Source: Eledone cirrhosa (Eukaryota). From it: a stretch of DNA of 64,000 nucleotides. A program made the translations under genes and the position numbers. The notes under the pieces were generated by a model. The model had not been told where the DNA came from. It saw only the letters and a program-made list of their open reading frames with translations, and made no database searches. The stretch is from NCBI GenBank assembly GCA_964016885.1, contig OZ024741.1, positions 407,774,001 through 407,838,000 of the forward strand, read 5' to 3'. The stretch's first letter is position 1; every line of letters starts with the position of its first letter. Positions 13,200 to 25,400 of this stretch are shown here, in pieces.

Positions 13200-16100
13200 T
13201 GGTGGTGTTGGTGGTAATGTTGGTATTGGTGGTGTTGGTGGTAGTGTTGGTACAGGTGCTGTTGATGGTTATTGTTGGTATTGGTGGTGTTGGTGGTAGT
13301 GTTGGTACTGGTGGTCTTGGTGGTAGTTGGTACTGGTGGTGTTGGTGGTAGTGTTGGTACTGGTGGTGTTGGTGGTAGTTGGTACTGGTGGTCTTGGTGG
13401 TAGTGTTGGTACTGGTGGTGTTGGTGGTAGTGTTGGTACTGGTACAGGTGGTGTTGGTGGTAGTGTTGGTACTGGTGGTGTTGGTGGTAGTGTTGGTACT
13501 AGTGGTGTTGGTGGTAGTGTTGGTACTGGTGGTGTTGGTGGTAGTGTTGGTACTGGTGGTGTTGGTGATAGTGTTGGTACTGGTGGTGTTGGTGGTAGTG
13601 TTGGCATTGGTGGTGTTGGTGGTGGTGTTGTTACTGGTGGTATTGGTGGTAGTGTTGGTGCTGGTGGTGTTGGTGGTAGTGTTGTTACCGGTGGTGTTGG
13701 TGGTGGTGTTGTTACTGGTACTGGTGGAGTTGGTGGTAGTGTTGGTACTGGTATTGGTAGTGTTGGTACTGGTGGTGTTGGTGGTAGTGTTAGTACTGGT
13801 ACTGGTGGTGTTGGTGATAGTGTTGGTATTGGTGGTGTTGGTGGTACTGTTGGTACTGGTGGTGTTGGTGGTAGTGTTGGTACTGGTGGTGTTGGTGGAA
13901 GTGTTGGTGCTGGTGGTGTTGGTGGTAGTGTTGGTATTGGTGGTGTTGGTGGTAGTGTTGGTACTGGTGGTGTTGGTGGTAGTGTTGGTAATGGTGGTGA
14001 TGGTGGTAGTGTTGGTATTGGTGGTGTTGGTGGTAGTGTTGGTATTAGTGGTGTTGGTGGTAGTGTTGGTACTGGTGGTGTTGGTGGTGGTGTTGGTACT
14101 GGTACTGGTGGTGTTGGTGGTAGTGTTGGTACTGGTGGTGTTGGTGGTAGTGTTGGAACTGGTACTGGTGGTGGTAGTGTTGGTACTGGTGGTGTTGTTG
14201 GTAGTGTTGGTATTGGTGGTGTTGGTGGTAGTGTTGGTAATGGTCGTGTTGGTGGTAGTGTTGGTACTGGTGGTGTTGGTGGTAGCGTTGGTACTGGTGG
14301 TGTTTGTGGTAGTGTTGGTACTGGTGGTTTGGTGGTAATATTGGTACAGGTAGTGTTGGTGGTAGTGTTGATACTGGTGGTGTGTGTGGTAGTGTTGGTA
14401 CAGGTGGTGTTGGTGGTAGTGTTGGTACAGGTGGTGTTGGTGGTAGTGTTGGTACTGGTGGTGTTGGTGGTAGTGTTGGTACTGGTGGTGTTTGTGGTAG
14501 TGTTGGTACTGGTGGTTTGGTGGTAATATTGGTACAGGTAGTGTTGGTGGTAGTGTTGATACTGGTGGTGTGTGTGGTAGTGTTGGTACAGGTGGTGTTG
14601 GTGGTAGTGTTGGTACAGGTGGTGTTGGTGGTAGTGTTGGTACTGGTGGTGTTGGTGGTAGTGTTGGTATTGGTACTGGTGGTGTTAGTGGTAGTGTTGG
14701 TACTGGAGGTGTTGGTGGTAGTGTTGGTACTGGTGGTGTTGGTGTTTGTGTTGGCACTGGTGGTGTTGTTGGTAGTGTTGGTACTGGTACTGGTGGTGTT
14801 GGTGGTAGTGTTTGTACTTGTACTTGTGGTGTTGGTGGTAGTGTTGGTACTGGTACTGTTTGTGTTGGTGGTAGTGTTGGTACTGGTACTGGTGGTGTTG
14901 GTGGTAGTGTTGGTAGTGGTACTGGTGGTGATGGTGGTAATATCTGTACTGGTACTGGTGGTGTTGGTGGTAGTGTTGGTACTGGTGGTGTTGGTGGTAC
15001 TGTTGGTACTGGTGGTGTTGGTGTTGGTGGTAGTGTTGATACTGGTGGTTATGGTGGTAGTGTTGGTACTGGTGGTGTTGGTGGTAGTGTTGGTACTGGT
15101 GGTGTTGGTGGTAGTGCTGGCACTGGTGGTGTTGGTGGTAGTGTTGGTACTGGTGGTGTTAGTGGTAGTGTTGGCACTGGTGGTGTTGGTGGTAGTGTTG
15201 GTACTGGTGGTGTTGGTGGTAGTGTTGGTACTGGTGGTGTTGGTGGTAGTGTTGGTACTGGTGGTGTTGGTGGTAGTGTTGGTACTGGTGGTGTTGGTGG
15301 TAGCGTTGGTACTGGTGGTGTTGGTGGTAGTGTTGGTACTGGTAGTGTTGTTGGTAGTGTTGGTACTGGTGGTGTTGGTGGTAGTGTTGGTACTGGTGGT
15401 GTTGGTGGTAGTGTTGGTACTGGTGGTGTTGGTGGTAGTGTTGGTACTGGTAGTGTTGTTGGTAGTGTTGGTACTGGTAGTGTTGTTGGTAGTGTTGGTA
15501 TTGGTGGTGTTGGTGGTAGTGTTGGTACTGGTGGTGTTGGTGGTAGTGTTGGTACTGGTGGTGTTGGTGGTAGTGTTGGTACTGGTGGTGTTGGTGGTAG
15601 CGTTGGTACTGGTGGTGTTGGTGGTAGTGTTGGTACTGGTAGTGTTGTTGGTAGTGTTGGTACTGGTGGTGTTGGTGGTAGTGTTGGTACTGGTGGTGTT
15701 GGTGGTAGTGTTGGTACTGGTGGTGTTGGTGGTAGTGTTGGTACTGGTGGTGTTTGTGGTAGTGTTGGTACTGGTGGTTTGGTGGTAATATTGGTACAGG
15801 TAGTGTTGGTGGTAGTGTTGATACTGGTGGTGTGTGTGGTAGTGTTGGTACAGGTGGTGTTGGTGGTAGTGTTGGTACAGGTGGTGTTGGTGGTAGTGTT
15901 GGTACTGGTGGTGTTGGTGGTAGTGTTGGTACTGGTGGTGGTGGTGGTAGTGTTGGTACTGGTGGTGTTGGTGGTAGTGTTGGTATTGGTACTGGTGGTG
16001 TTAGTGGTAGTGTTGGTACTGGAGGTGTTGGTGGTAGTGTTGGTACTGGTGGTGTTGGTGTTTGTGTTGGCACTGGTGGTGTTGTTGGTAGTGTTGGTAC

Positions 16101-19100
16101 TGGTACTAGTGGTGTTGGTGGTAGTGTTTGTACTTGTACTTGTGGTGTTGGTGGTAGTGTTGGTACTGGTACTGTTTGTGTTGGTGGTAGTGTTGGTACT
16201 GGTACTGGTGGTGTTGGTGGTAGTGTTGGTAGTGGTACTGGTGGTGTTGGTGGTAGTATCTGTACTGGTTCTGGTGGTGTTGGTGGTAGTGTTGGTACTG
16301 GTGGTGTTGGTGGTACTGTTGGTACTGGTGGTGTTGGTGTTGGTGGTAGTGTTGATAGTGGTGGTTATGGTGCTAGTGTTGGTACTGGTGGTGTTGGTGG
16401 TAGTGTTGGTACTGGTGGTGTTGGTGGTAGTGCTGGCACTGGTGGTATTGGTGGTAGTGTTGGTACTGGTGGTGTTAGTGGTAGTGTTGGTACTGGTGGT
16501 GTTGGTGGTAATGTTGGTATTGGTGGTGTTGGTGGTAGTGTTGGTACAGGTGCTGTTGATGGTTATTGTTGGTATTGGTGGTGTTGGTGGTAGTGTTGGT
16601 ACTGGTGGTCTTGGTGGTAGTTGGTACTGGTGGTGTTGGTGGTAGTGTTGGTACTGGTGGTGTTGGTGGTAGTTGGTACTGGTGGTCTTGGTGGTAGTGT
16701 TGGTACTGGTGGTGTTGGTGGTAGTGTTGGTACTGGTACAGGTGGTGTTGGTGGTAGTGTTGGTACTGGTGGTGTTGGTGGTAGTGTTGGTACTAGTGGT
16801 GTTGGTGGTAGTGTTGGTACTGGTGGTGTTGGTGGTAGTGTTGGTACTGGTGGTGTTGGTGATAGTGTTGGTACTGGTGGTGTTGGTGGTAGTGTTGGCA
16901 TTGGTGGTGTTGGTGGTGGTGTTGTTACTGGTGGTATTGGTGGTAGTGTTGGTGCTGGTGGTGTTGGTGGTAGTGTTGTTACCGGTGGTGTTGGTGGTGG
17001 TGTTGTTACTGGTACTGGTGGAGTTGGTGGTAGTGTTGGTACTGGTATTGGTAGTGTTGGTACTGGTGGTGTTGGTGGTAGTGTTAGTACTGGTACTGGT
17101 GGTGTTGGTGATAGTGTTGGTATTGGTGGTGTTGGTGGTACTGTTGGTACTGGTGGTGTTGGTGGTAGTGTTGGTACTGGTGGTGTTGGTGGAAGTGTTG
17201 GTGCTGGTGGTGTTGGTGGTAGTGTTGGTATTGGTGGTGTTGGTGGTAGTGTTGGTACTGGTGGTGTTGGTGGTAGTGTTGGTAATGGTGGTGATGGTGG
17301 TAGTGTTGGTATTGGTGGTGTTGGTGGTAGTGTTGGTATTAGTGGTGTTGGTGGTAGTGTTGGTACTGGTGGTGTTGGTGGTGGTGTTGGTACTGGTACT
17401 GGTGGTGTTGGTGGTAGTGTTGGTACTGGTGGTGTTGGTGGTAGTGTTGGAACTGGTACTGGTGGTGGTAGTGTTGGTACTGGTGGTGTTGTTGGTAGTG
17501 TTGGTATTGGTGGTGTTGGTGGTAGTGTTGGTAATGGTCGTGTTGGTGGTAGTGTTGGTACTGGTGGTGATGGTGGTAGCGTTGGTACTGGTGGTGTTTG
17601 TGGTAGTGTTGGTACTGGTGGTTTGGTGGTAATATTGGTACAGGTAGTGTTGGTGGTAGTGTTGATACTGGTGGTGTGTGTGGTAGTGTTGGTACAGGTG
17701 GTGTTGGTGGTAGTGTTGGTACAGGTGGTGTTGGTGGTAGTGTTGGTACTGGTGGTGTTGGTGGTAGTGTTGGTACTGGTGGTGTTTGTGGTAGTGTTGG
17801 TACTGGTGGTTTGGTGGTAATATTGGTACAGGTAGTGTTGGTGGTAGTGTTGATACTGGTGGTGTGTGTGGTAGTGTTGGTACAGGTGGTGTTGGTGGTA
17901 GTGTTGGTACAGGTGGTGTTGGTGGTAGTGTTGGTACTGGTGGTGTTGGTGGTAGTGTTGGTACTGGTGGTGGTGGTGGTAGTGTTGGTACTGGTGGTGT
18001 TGGTGGTAGTGTTGGTATTGGTACTGGTGGTGTTAGTGGTAGTGTTGGTACTGGAGGTGTTGGTGGTAGTGTTGGTACTGGTGGTGTTGATGTTTGTGTT
18101 GGCACTGGTGGTGTTGTTGGTAGTGTTGGTACTGGTACTGGTGGTGTTGGTGGTAGTGTTTGTACTTGTACTTGTGGTGTTGGTGGTAGTGTTGGTACTG
18201 GTACTGTTTGTGTTGGTGGTAGTGTTGGTACTGGTACTGGTGGTGTTGGTGGTAGTGTTGGTAGTGGTACTGGTGGTGATGGTGGTAGTATCTGTACTGG
18301 TACTGGTGGTGTTGGTGGTAGTGTTGGTACTGGTGGTGTTGGTGGTACTGTTGGTACTGGTGGTGTTGGTGTTGGTGGTAGTGTTGATACTGGTGGTTAT
18401 GGTGGTAGTGTTGGTACTGGTGGTGTTGGTGGTAGTGTTGGTACTGGTGGTGTTGGTGGTAGTGCTGGCACTGGTGGTGTTGGTGGTAGTGTTGGTACTG
18501 GTGGTGTTAGTGGTAGTGTTGGCACTGGTGGTGTTGGTGGTAGTGTTGGTACTGGTGGTGTTGGTGGTAGTGTTGGTACTGGTGGTGTTGGTGGTAGTGT
18601 TGGTACTGGTGGTGTTGGTGGTAGTGTTGGTACTGGTGGTGTTGGTGGTAGCGTTGGTACTGGTGGTGTTGGTGGTAGTGTTGGTACTGGTAGTGTTGTT
18701 GGTAGTGTTGGTACTGGTGGTGTTGGTGGTAGTGATGGTACTGGTGGTGTTGGTGGTAGTGTTGGTACTGGTGGTGTTGGTGGTAGTGTTGGTACTGGTA
18801 GTGTTGTTGGTAGTGTTGGTACTGGTAGTGTTGTTGGTAGTGTTGGTATTGGTGGTGTTGGTGGTAGTGTTGGTACTGGTGGTGTTGGTGGTAGTGTTGG
18901 TACTGGTGGTGTTGGTGGTAGTGTTGGTACTGGTGGTGTTGGTGGTAGCGTTGGTACTGGTGGTGTTGGTGGTAGTGTTGGTACTGGTAGTGTTGTTGGT
19001 AGTGTTGGTACTGGTGGTGTTGGTGGTAGTGTTGGTACTGGTGGTGTTGGTGGTAGTGTTGGTACTGGTGGTGTTGGTGGTAGTGTTGGTACTGGTGGTG

Positions 19101-19850
19101 TTTGTGGTAGTGTTGGTACTGGTGGTTTGGTGGTAATATTGGTACAGGTAGTGTTGGTGGTAGTGTTGATACTGGTGGTGTGTGTGGTAGTGTTGGTACA
19201 GGTGGTGTTGGTGGTAGTGTTGGTACAGGTGGTGTTGGTGGTAGTGTTGGTACTGGTGGTGTTGGTGGTAGTGTTGGTACTGGTGGTGGTGGTGGTAGTG
19301 TTGGTACGGGTGGTGTTGGTGGTAGTGTTGGTATTGGTACTGGTGGTGTTAGTGGTAGTGTTGGTACTGGAGGTGTTGGTGGTAGTGTTGGTACTGGTGG
19401 TGTTGGTGTTTGTGTTGGCACTGGTGGTGTTGTTGGTAGTGTTGGTACTGGTACTAGTGGTGTTGGTGGTAGTGTTTGTACTTGTACTTGTGGTGTTGGT
19501 GGTAGTGTTGGTACTGGTACTGTTTGTGTTGGTGGTAGTGTTGGTACTGGTACTGGTGGTGTTGGTGGTAGTGTTGGTAGTGGTACTGGTGGTGTTGGTG
19601 GTAGTATCTGTACTGGTTCTGGTGGTGTTGGTGGTAGTGTTGGTACTGGTGGTGTTGGTGGTACTGTTGGTACTGGTGGTGTTGGTGTTGGTGGTAGTGT
19701 TGATACTGGTGGTTATGGTGGTAGTGTTGGTACTGGTGGTGTTGGTGGTAGTGTTGGTACTGGTGGTGTTGGTGGTAGTGCTGGCACTGGTGGTATTGGT
19801 GGTAGTGTTGGTACTGGTGGTGTTAGTGGTAGTGTTGGTACTGGTGGTGT
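13200..19850 (+). repeat. 3,348-bp tandem duplication containing nested 1,316-bp and 188-bp duplications
   Basis: TGTACTTGTACTTGT occurs at 14813, 16129, 18161 and 19477 (offsets 1316 and 3348). GCTGTTGATGGTTATTG occurs at ~13258/16552 (3294 = 3348-54). TTTGGTGGTAATATTGGTACAGG pairs lie 188 bp apart at ~14328/14516 and ~17622/17810. Confidence 0.92.
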
Positions 19851-22499
19851 TGGTGGTAGTGTTGGTACTGGTGGTGTTGGTGGTAGTGTTGGTACTGGTG
19901 GTGTTGGTGGTAGCGTTGGTACTGGTGGTGTTGGTGGTAGTGTTGGTACTGGTAGTGTTGTTGGTAGTGTTGGTACTGGTGGTGTTGGTGGTAGTGTTGG
20001 TACTGGTGGTGTTGGTGGTAGTGTTGGTACTGGTGGTGTTGGTGGTAGTGTTGGTATTGGTGGTGTTGGTGGTAGTGTTGGTTCTGGTGGTGTTGGTGGT
20101 AGTGTTTCTACTGGTGGTGTTGGTGGTAGTGTTGGTACTGGTACTGGTAGTGTTGGTGGTTGTGTTGGTACTGGTGGTGTTGGTGGTAGTGTTGGTATTG
20201 GTGGTGTTGGTGGTAGTGTTGGTACTGGTACTGGTGGTGTTGGTGGTAGTGTTGGTACTGGTACTGGTAGTGTTGGTGGTTGTGTTGGTACTGGTGGTGT
20301 TGGTGGTAGTGTTGGTACTGGTAGTGTTGGTGGTAGTGTTGGTACAGGTGGTAGTGTTGGTATTGGTGGTGTTGGTGGTAGTTTTGGTACTGGTGGTGTT
20401 GGTGGTAGTGTTGGTACTGGTGGTGTTGGTGGAAGTGTTGGTACTGGTGGTGTTGGTGGTAGTGTTGGTATTGGTGGTGTTGGTGGTAGTGTTGGTACTG
20501 GTGGTGTTGGTGGTAGTGTTGGTATTGGTGGTGATGGTGGTAGTGTTGGTATTGGTGGTGTTGGTGGTAGTGTTGGTAATAGTGGTGTTGGTGGTAGTGT
20601 TGGTACTGGTGGTGTTGGTGGTGGTGTTGGTACTGGTACTTGTGGTGTTGGTGGTAGTGTTGGTACTGGTGGTGTTGGTGGTAGTGTTGATACTGGTGGT
20701 GTTGGTGGTAATGTTGGTATTGGTGGTGTAGGTGGTAGTGTTGTTACTGGTGGTGTTGGTCGTAGTGTTGGTGCTGGTGTGGTTGGTGGTAGTGTTGTTA
20801 CTGGTACTGGTGGTGTTGGTGGTAGTGTTGGTACTGGTATTGGTGGTGTTGGTGGTAGTGTTGGTACTGGTGGTGTTGGTGGTAGTGTTGGTACTGGTGG
20901 TGTTGGTGGTAGTGTTAGTACTGGTACTGGTGCTGTTGGTGATAGTGTTGGTATTGGTGGTGTTGGTGGTACTGTTGGTACTGGTGGTGTTGGTGGTAGT
21001 GTTGGTACTGGTGGTGTTGGTGGAAGTGTTGGTACTGGTGGTGTTGGTGGTAGTGTTGGTATTGGTGGTGTTGGTGGTAGTGTTGGTACTGGTGGTGTTG
21101 GTGGTAGTGTTGGTGCTGGTATTGGTGGTGTTGATGGTAGTGTTGGTACTGGTGGTGTTGGTGGTGGTGTTGGTGGTGGTGTTGGTGGTAGTGTTGTTTC
21201 TGGTGGTGTTGGTGGAAGTGTTGGTATTGGTGGTGTTGGTGGTAGTGTTGGTATTGGTGGTGTTGGTGGTAGTGTTGGTACTGGTGGTGTTGGTGGTAGT
21301 GGTGGTATTGGTGGTGTTGGTATAGGTGGTGTTGGTGGTAGTGTTGGTACTGGTGGTGTTGGTGGTAGTGGTGGTATTGGTGGTGTTGGTGGTAGTGTTG
21401 TTATAGGTGGTGTTGGTGGTAGAGTTGGTAATGTTACTGGTGGTGTTGGTGGTAGTGTTGGTATTGGTGGTGTTGGTGGTAGTGTTGGTACTGGTGGTGT
21501 TGGTGGTAGTGTTGGTACTGGTGGTGTTGGTGGTAGTGTTAGTACTGGTACTGGTGGTGTTGGTGATAGTGTTGGTATTGGTGGTGTTGGTGGTATTGTT
21601 GGTACTGGTGGTGTTGGTGGTAGTGTTGGTACTGGTGGTGTTGGTGGAAGTGTTGGTGCTGGTGGTGTTGGTGGTAGTGTTGGTATTGGTGGTGTTGGTG
21701 GTAGTGTTGGTATTGGTGGTGTTGGTGGTAGTGTTGGTAATGGTGGTGATGGTGGTAGTGTTGGTATTGGTGGTGTTGGTGGTAGTGTTGGTATTAGTGG
21801 TGTTGGTGGTAGTGTTGGTACTGGTGGTGTTGGTTGTGGTGTTGGTACTGGTACTGGTGGTGTTGGTGGTAGTGTTGGTACTGGTGGTGTTGGTGGTAGT
21901 GTTGGAACTGGTACTGGTGGTGGTAGTGTTGGTACTGGTGGTGTTGTTGGTAGTGTTGGTATTGGTGGTGTTGGTGGTAGTGTTGGTAATGGTCGTGTTG
22001 GTGGTAGTGTTGGTACTGGTGGTGTTGGTGGTAGCGTTGGTACTGGTGGTGTTTGTGGTAGTGTTGGTACTGGTGGTTTGGTGGTAATATTGGTACAGGT
22101 AGTGTTGGTGGTAGTGTTGATACTGGTGGTGTGTGTGGTAGTGTTGGTACAGGTGGTGTTGGTGGTAGTGTTGGTAATGGTCGTGTTGGTGGTAGTGTTG
22201 GTACTGGTGGTGTTGGTGGTAGTGTTGGTACTGGTGGTGTTTGTGGTAGTGTTGGTACTGGTGGTTTGGTGGTATTATTGGTACAGGTAGTGTTGGTGGT
22301 AGTGTTGGTACAGGTGGTGTTGGTGGTAGTGTTGGTACTGGTGGTGTTGGTGGTAGTGTTGGTACTGGTGGTGGTGGTGGTAGTGTTGGTACTGGTGGTG
22401 TTGGTGGTAGTGTTGGTATTGGTACTGGTGGTGTTAGTGGTAGTGTTGGTACTGGAGGTGTTGGTGGTAGTGTTGGTACTGGTGGTGTTGGTGTTTGTG

Positions 22500-25400
22500 T
22501 TGGCACTGGTGGTGTTGTTGGTAGTGTTGGTACTGGTACTGGTAGTGTTGGTGGTAGTGTTTGTACTTGTACTTGTGGTGTTGGTGGTAGTGTTGGTACT
22601 GGTACTGTTTGTGTTGGTGGTAGTGTTGGTACTGGTACTGGTGGTGTTGGTGGTAGTGTTGGTAGTGGTACTGGTGGTGTTGGTGGTAGTATCTGTACTG
22701 GTACTGGTGGTGTTGGTGGTAGTGTTGGTACTGGTGGTGTTGGTGGTACTGTTGGTACTGGTGGTGTTGGTGTTGGTGGTAGTGTTGATACTGGTGGTTA
22801 TGGTGGTAGTGTTGGTACTGGTGGTGTTGGTGGTAGTGTTGGTACTGGTGGTGTTGGTGGTAGTGCTGGCACTGGTGGTGTTGGTGGTAGTGTTGGTACT
22901 GGTGGTGTTAGTGGTAGTGTTGGCACTGGTGGTGTTGGTGGTAGTGTTGGTACTGGTGGTGTTGGTGGTAGTGTTGGTACTGGTGGTGTTGGGGGTAGTG
23001 TTGGTACTGGTGGTGTTGGTGGTAGTGTTGGTACTGGTGGTGTTGGTGGTAGCGTTGGTACTGGTGGTGTTGGTGGTAGTGTTGGTACTGGTAGTGTTGT
23101 TGGTAGTGTTGGTACTGGTGGTGTTGGTGGTAGTGTTGGTACTGGTGGTGTTGGTGGTAGTGTTGGTACTGGTGGTGTTGGTGGTAGTGTTGGTACTGGT
23201 AGTGTTGTTGGTAGTGTTGGTACTGGTAGTGTTGTTGGTAGTGTTGGTATTGGTGGTGTTGGTGGTAGTGTTGGTACTGGTGGTGTTGGTGGTAGTGTTG
23301 GTACTGGTGGTGTTGGTGGTAGTGTTGGTACTGGTGGTGTTGGTGGTAGCGTTGGTACTGGTGGTGTTGGTGGTAGTGTTGGTACTGGTAGTGTTGTTGG
23401 TAGTGTTGGTACTGGTGGTGTTGGTGGTAGTGTTGGTACTGGTGGTGTTGGTGGTAGTGTTGGTACTGGTGGTGTTGGTGGTAGTGTTGGTACTGGTAGT
23501 GTTGTTGGTAGTGTTGGTACTGGTAGTGTTGTTGGTAGTGTTGGTATTGGTGGTGTTGGTGGTAGCGTTGGTACTGGTGGTGTTGGTGGTAGTGTTGGTA
23601 CTGGTGGTGTTGGTGGTAGCGTTGGTACTGGTGGTGTTGGTGGTAGTGTTGGTACTGGTAGTGTTGTTGGTAGTGTTGGTACTGGTGGTGTTGGTGGTAA
23701 CGTTGGTACTGGTAGTGTTGTTGGTAGTGTTGGTATTGGTGGTGTTGGTGGTAGCGTTGGTACTGGTGGTGTTGGTGGTAGTGTTGGTACTGGTAGTGTT
23801 GTTGGTAGTGTTGGTATTGGTGGTGTTGGTGGTAGTGTTGGTACTGGTGGTGTTGGTGGTAGTGTTGGTACTGGTGGTGTTGGTGGTAGTGTTGGTACTG
23901 GTGGTGTTGGTGGTAGCGTTGGTACTGGTGGTGTTGGTGGTAGTGTTGGTACTGGTAGTGTTGTTGGTAGTGTTGGTACTGGTGGTGTTGGTGGTAGTGT
24001 TGGTACTGGTGGTGTTGGTGGTAGTGTTGGTACTGGTGGTGTTGGTGGTAGTGTTGGTAATGGTGGTGATGGTGGTAGTGTTGGTATTGGTGGTGTTGGT
24101 GGTAGTGTTGGTATTAGTGGTGTTGGTGGTAGTGTTGGTACTGGTGGTGTTGGTGGTGGTGTTGGTACTGGTACTGGTGGTGTTGGTGGTAGTGTTGGAA
24201 CTGGTACTGGTGGTGGTAGTGTTGGTATTGGTGGTGTTGGTGGTAGTGTTGGTACTGGTGGTGTTGGTGGTAGTGTTGGTACTGGTGGTGTTGGTGGTAG
24301 TGTTGGTACTGGTGGTGTTGGTGGTAGTGTTGGTACTGGTGGTGTTGGTGGTAGTGTTGGTACTGGTGGTGTTGGTGGTAGTGTTGGTACTGGTGGTGTT
24401 GGTGGTAGTGTTGGTACTGGTGGTGTTGGTGGTAGTGTTGGTACTGGTGGTGTTGGTGGTAGTGTTGGTACTGGTGGTGTTGGTGGTAGCGTTGGTACTG
24501 GTGGTGTTGGTGGTAGTGTTGGTACTGGTAGTGTTGTTGGTAGTGTTGGTACTGGTGGTGTTGTTGGTAGTGTTGGTACTGGTGGTGTTGGTGGTAGTGT
24601 TGGTACAGGTGGTGTTGGTGGTAGTGTTGGTACTGGTGGTGTTGGTGGTAGTGTTGGTACTGGTAGTGTTGTTGGTAGTGTTGGTACTGGTGGTGTTGTT
24701 GGTAGTGTTGGTACTGGTGGTGTTGGTGGTAGTGTTGGTACAGGTGGTGTTGGTGGTAGTGTTGGTACTGGTGGTGTTGGTGGTAGTGTTGGTACTGGTA
24801 GTGTTGTTGGTAGTGTTGGTACTGGTACTGGTAGTGTTGGTGGTAGTGTTTGTACTTGTACTTGTGGTGTTGGTGGTAGTGTTGGTACTGGTACTGTTTG
24901 TGTTGGTGGTAGTGTTGGTACTGGTACTGGTGGTGTTGGTGGTAGTGTTGGTAGTGGTACTGGTGGTGTTGGTGGTAGTATCTGTACTGGTACTGGTGGT
25001 GTTGGTGGTAGTGTTGGTACTGGTGGTGTTGGTGGTACTGTTGGTACTGGTGGTGTTGGTGTTGGTGGTAGTGTTGATACTGGTGGTTATGGTGGTAGTG
25101 TTGGTACTGGTGGTGTTGGTGGTAGTGTTGGTACTGGTGGTGTTGGTGGTAGTGCTGGCACTGGTGGTGTTGGTGGTAGTGTTGGTACTGGTGGTGTTAG
25201 TGGTAGTGTTGGCACTGGTGGTGTTGGTGGTAGTGTTGGTACTGGTGGTGTTGGTGGTAGTGTTGGTACTGGTGGTGTTGGGGGTAGTGTTGGTACTGGT
25301 GGTGTTGGTGGTAGTGTTGGTACTGGTGGTGTTGGTGGTAGCGTTGGTACTGGTGGTGTTGGTGGTAGTGTTGGTACTGGTAGTGTTGTTGGTAGTGTTG

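Noticed and set aside
6796-22267. Programmed frameshifting or phase variation switching among Gly-, Val- and Thr-rich products
   Set aside because: There is no evidence of translation and no canonical slippery heptamers were noticed. The indels are simply explained by slippage at GTGT and TT.
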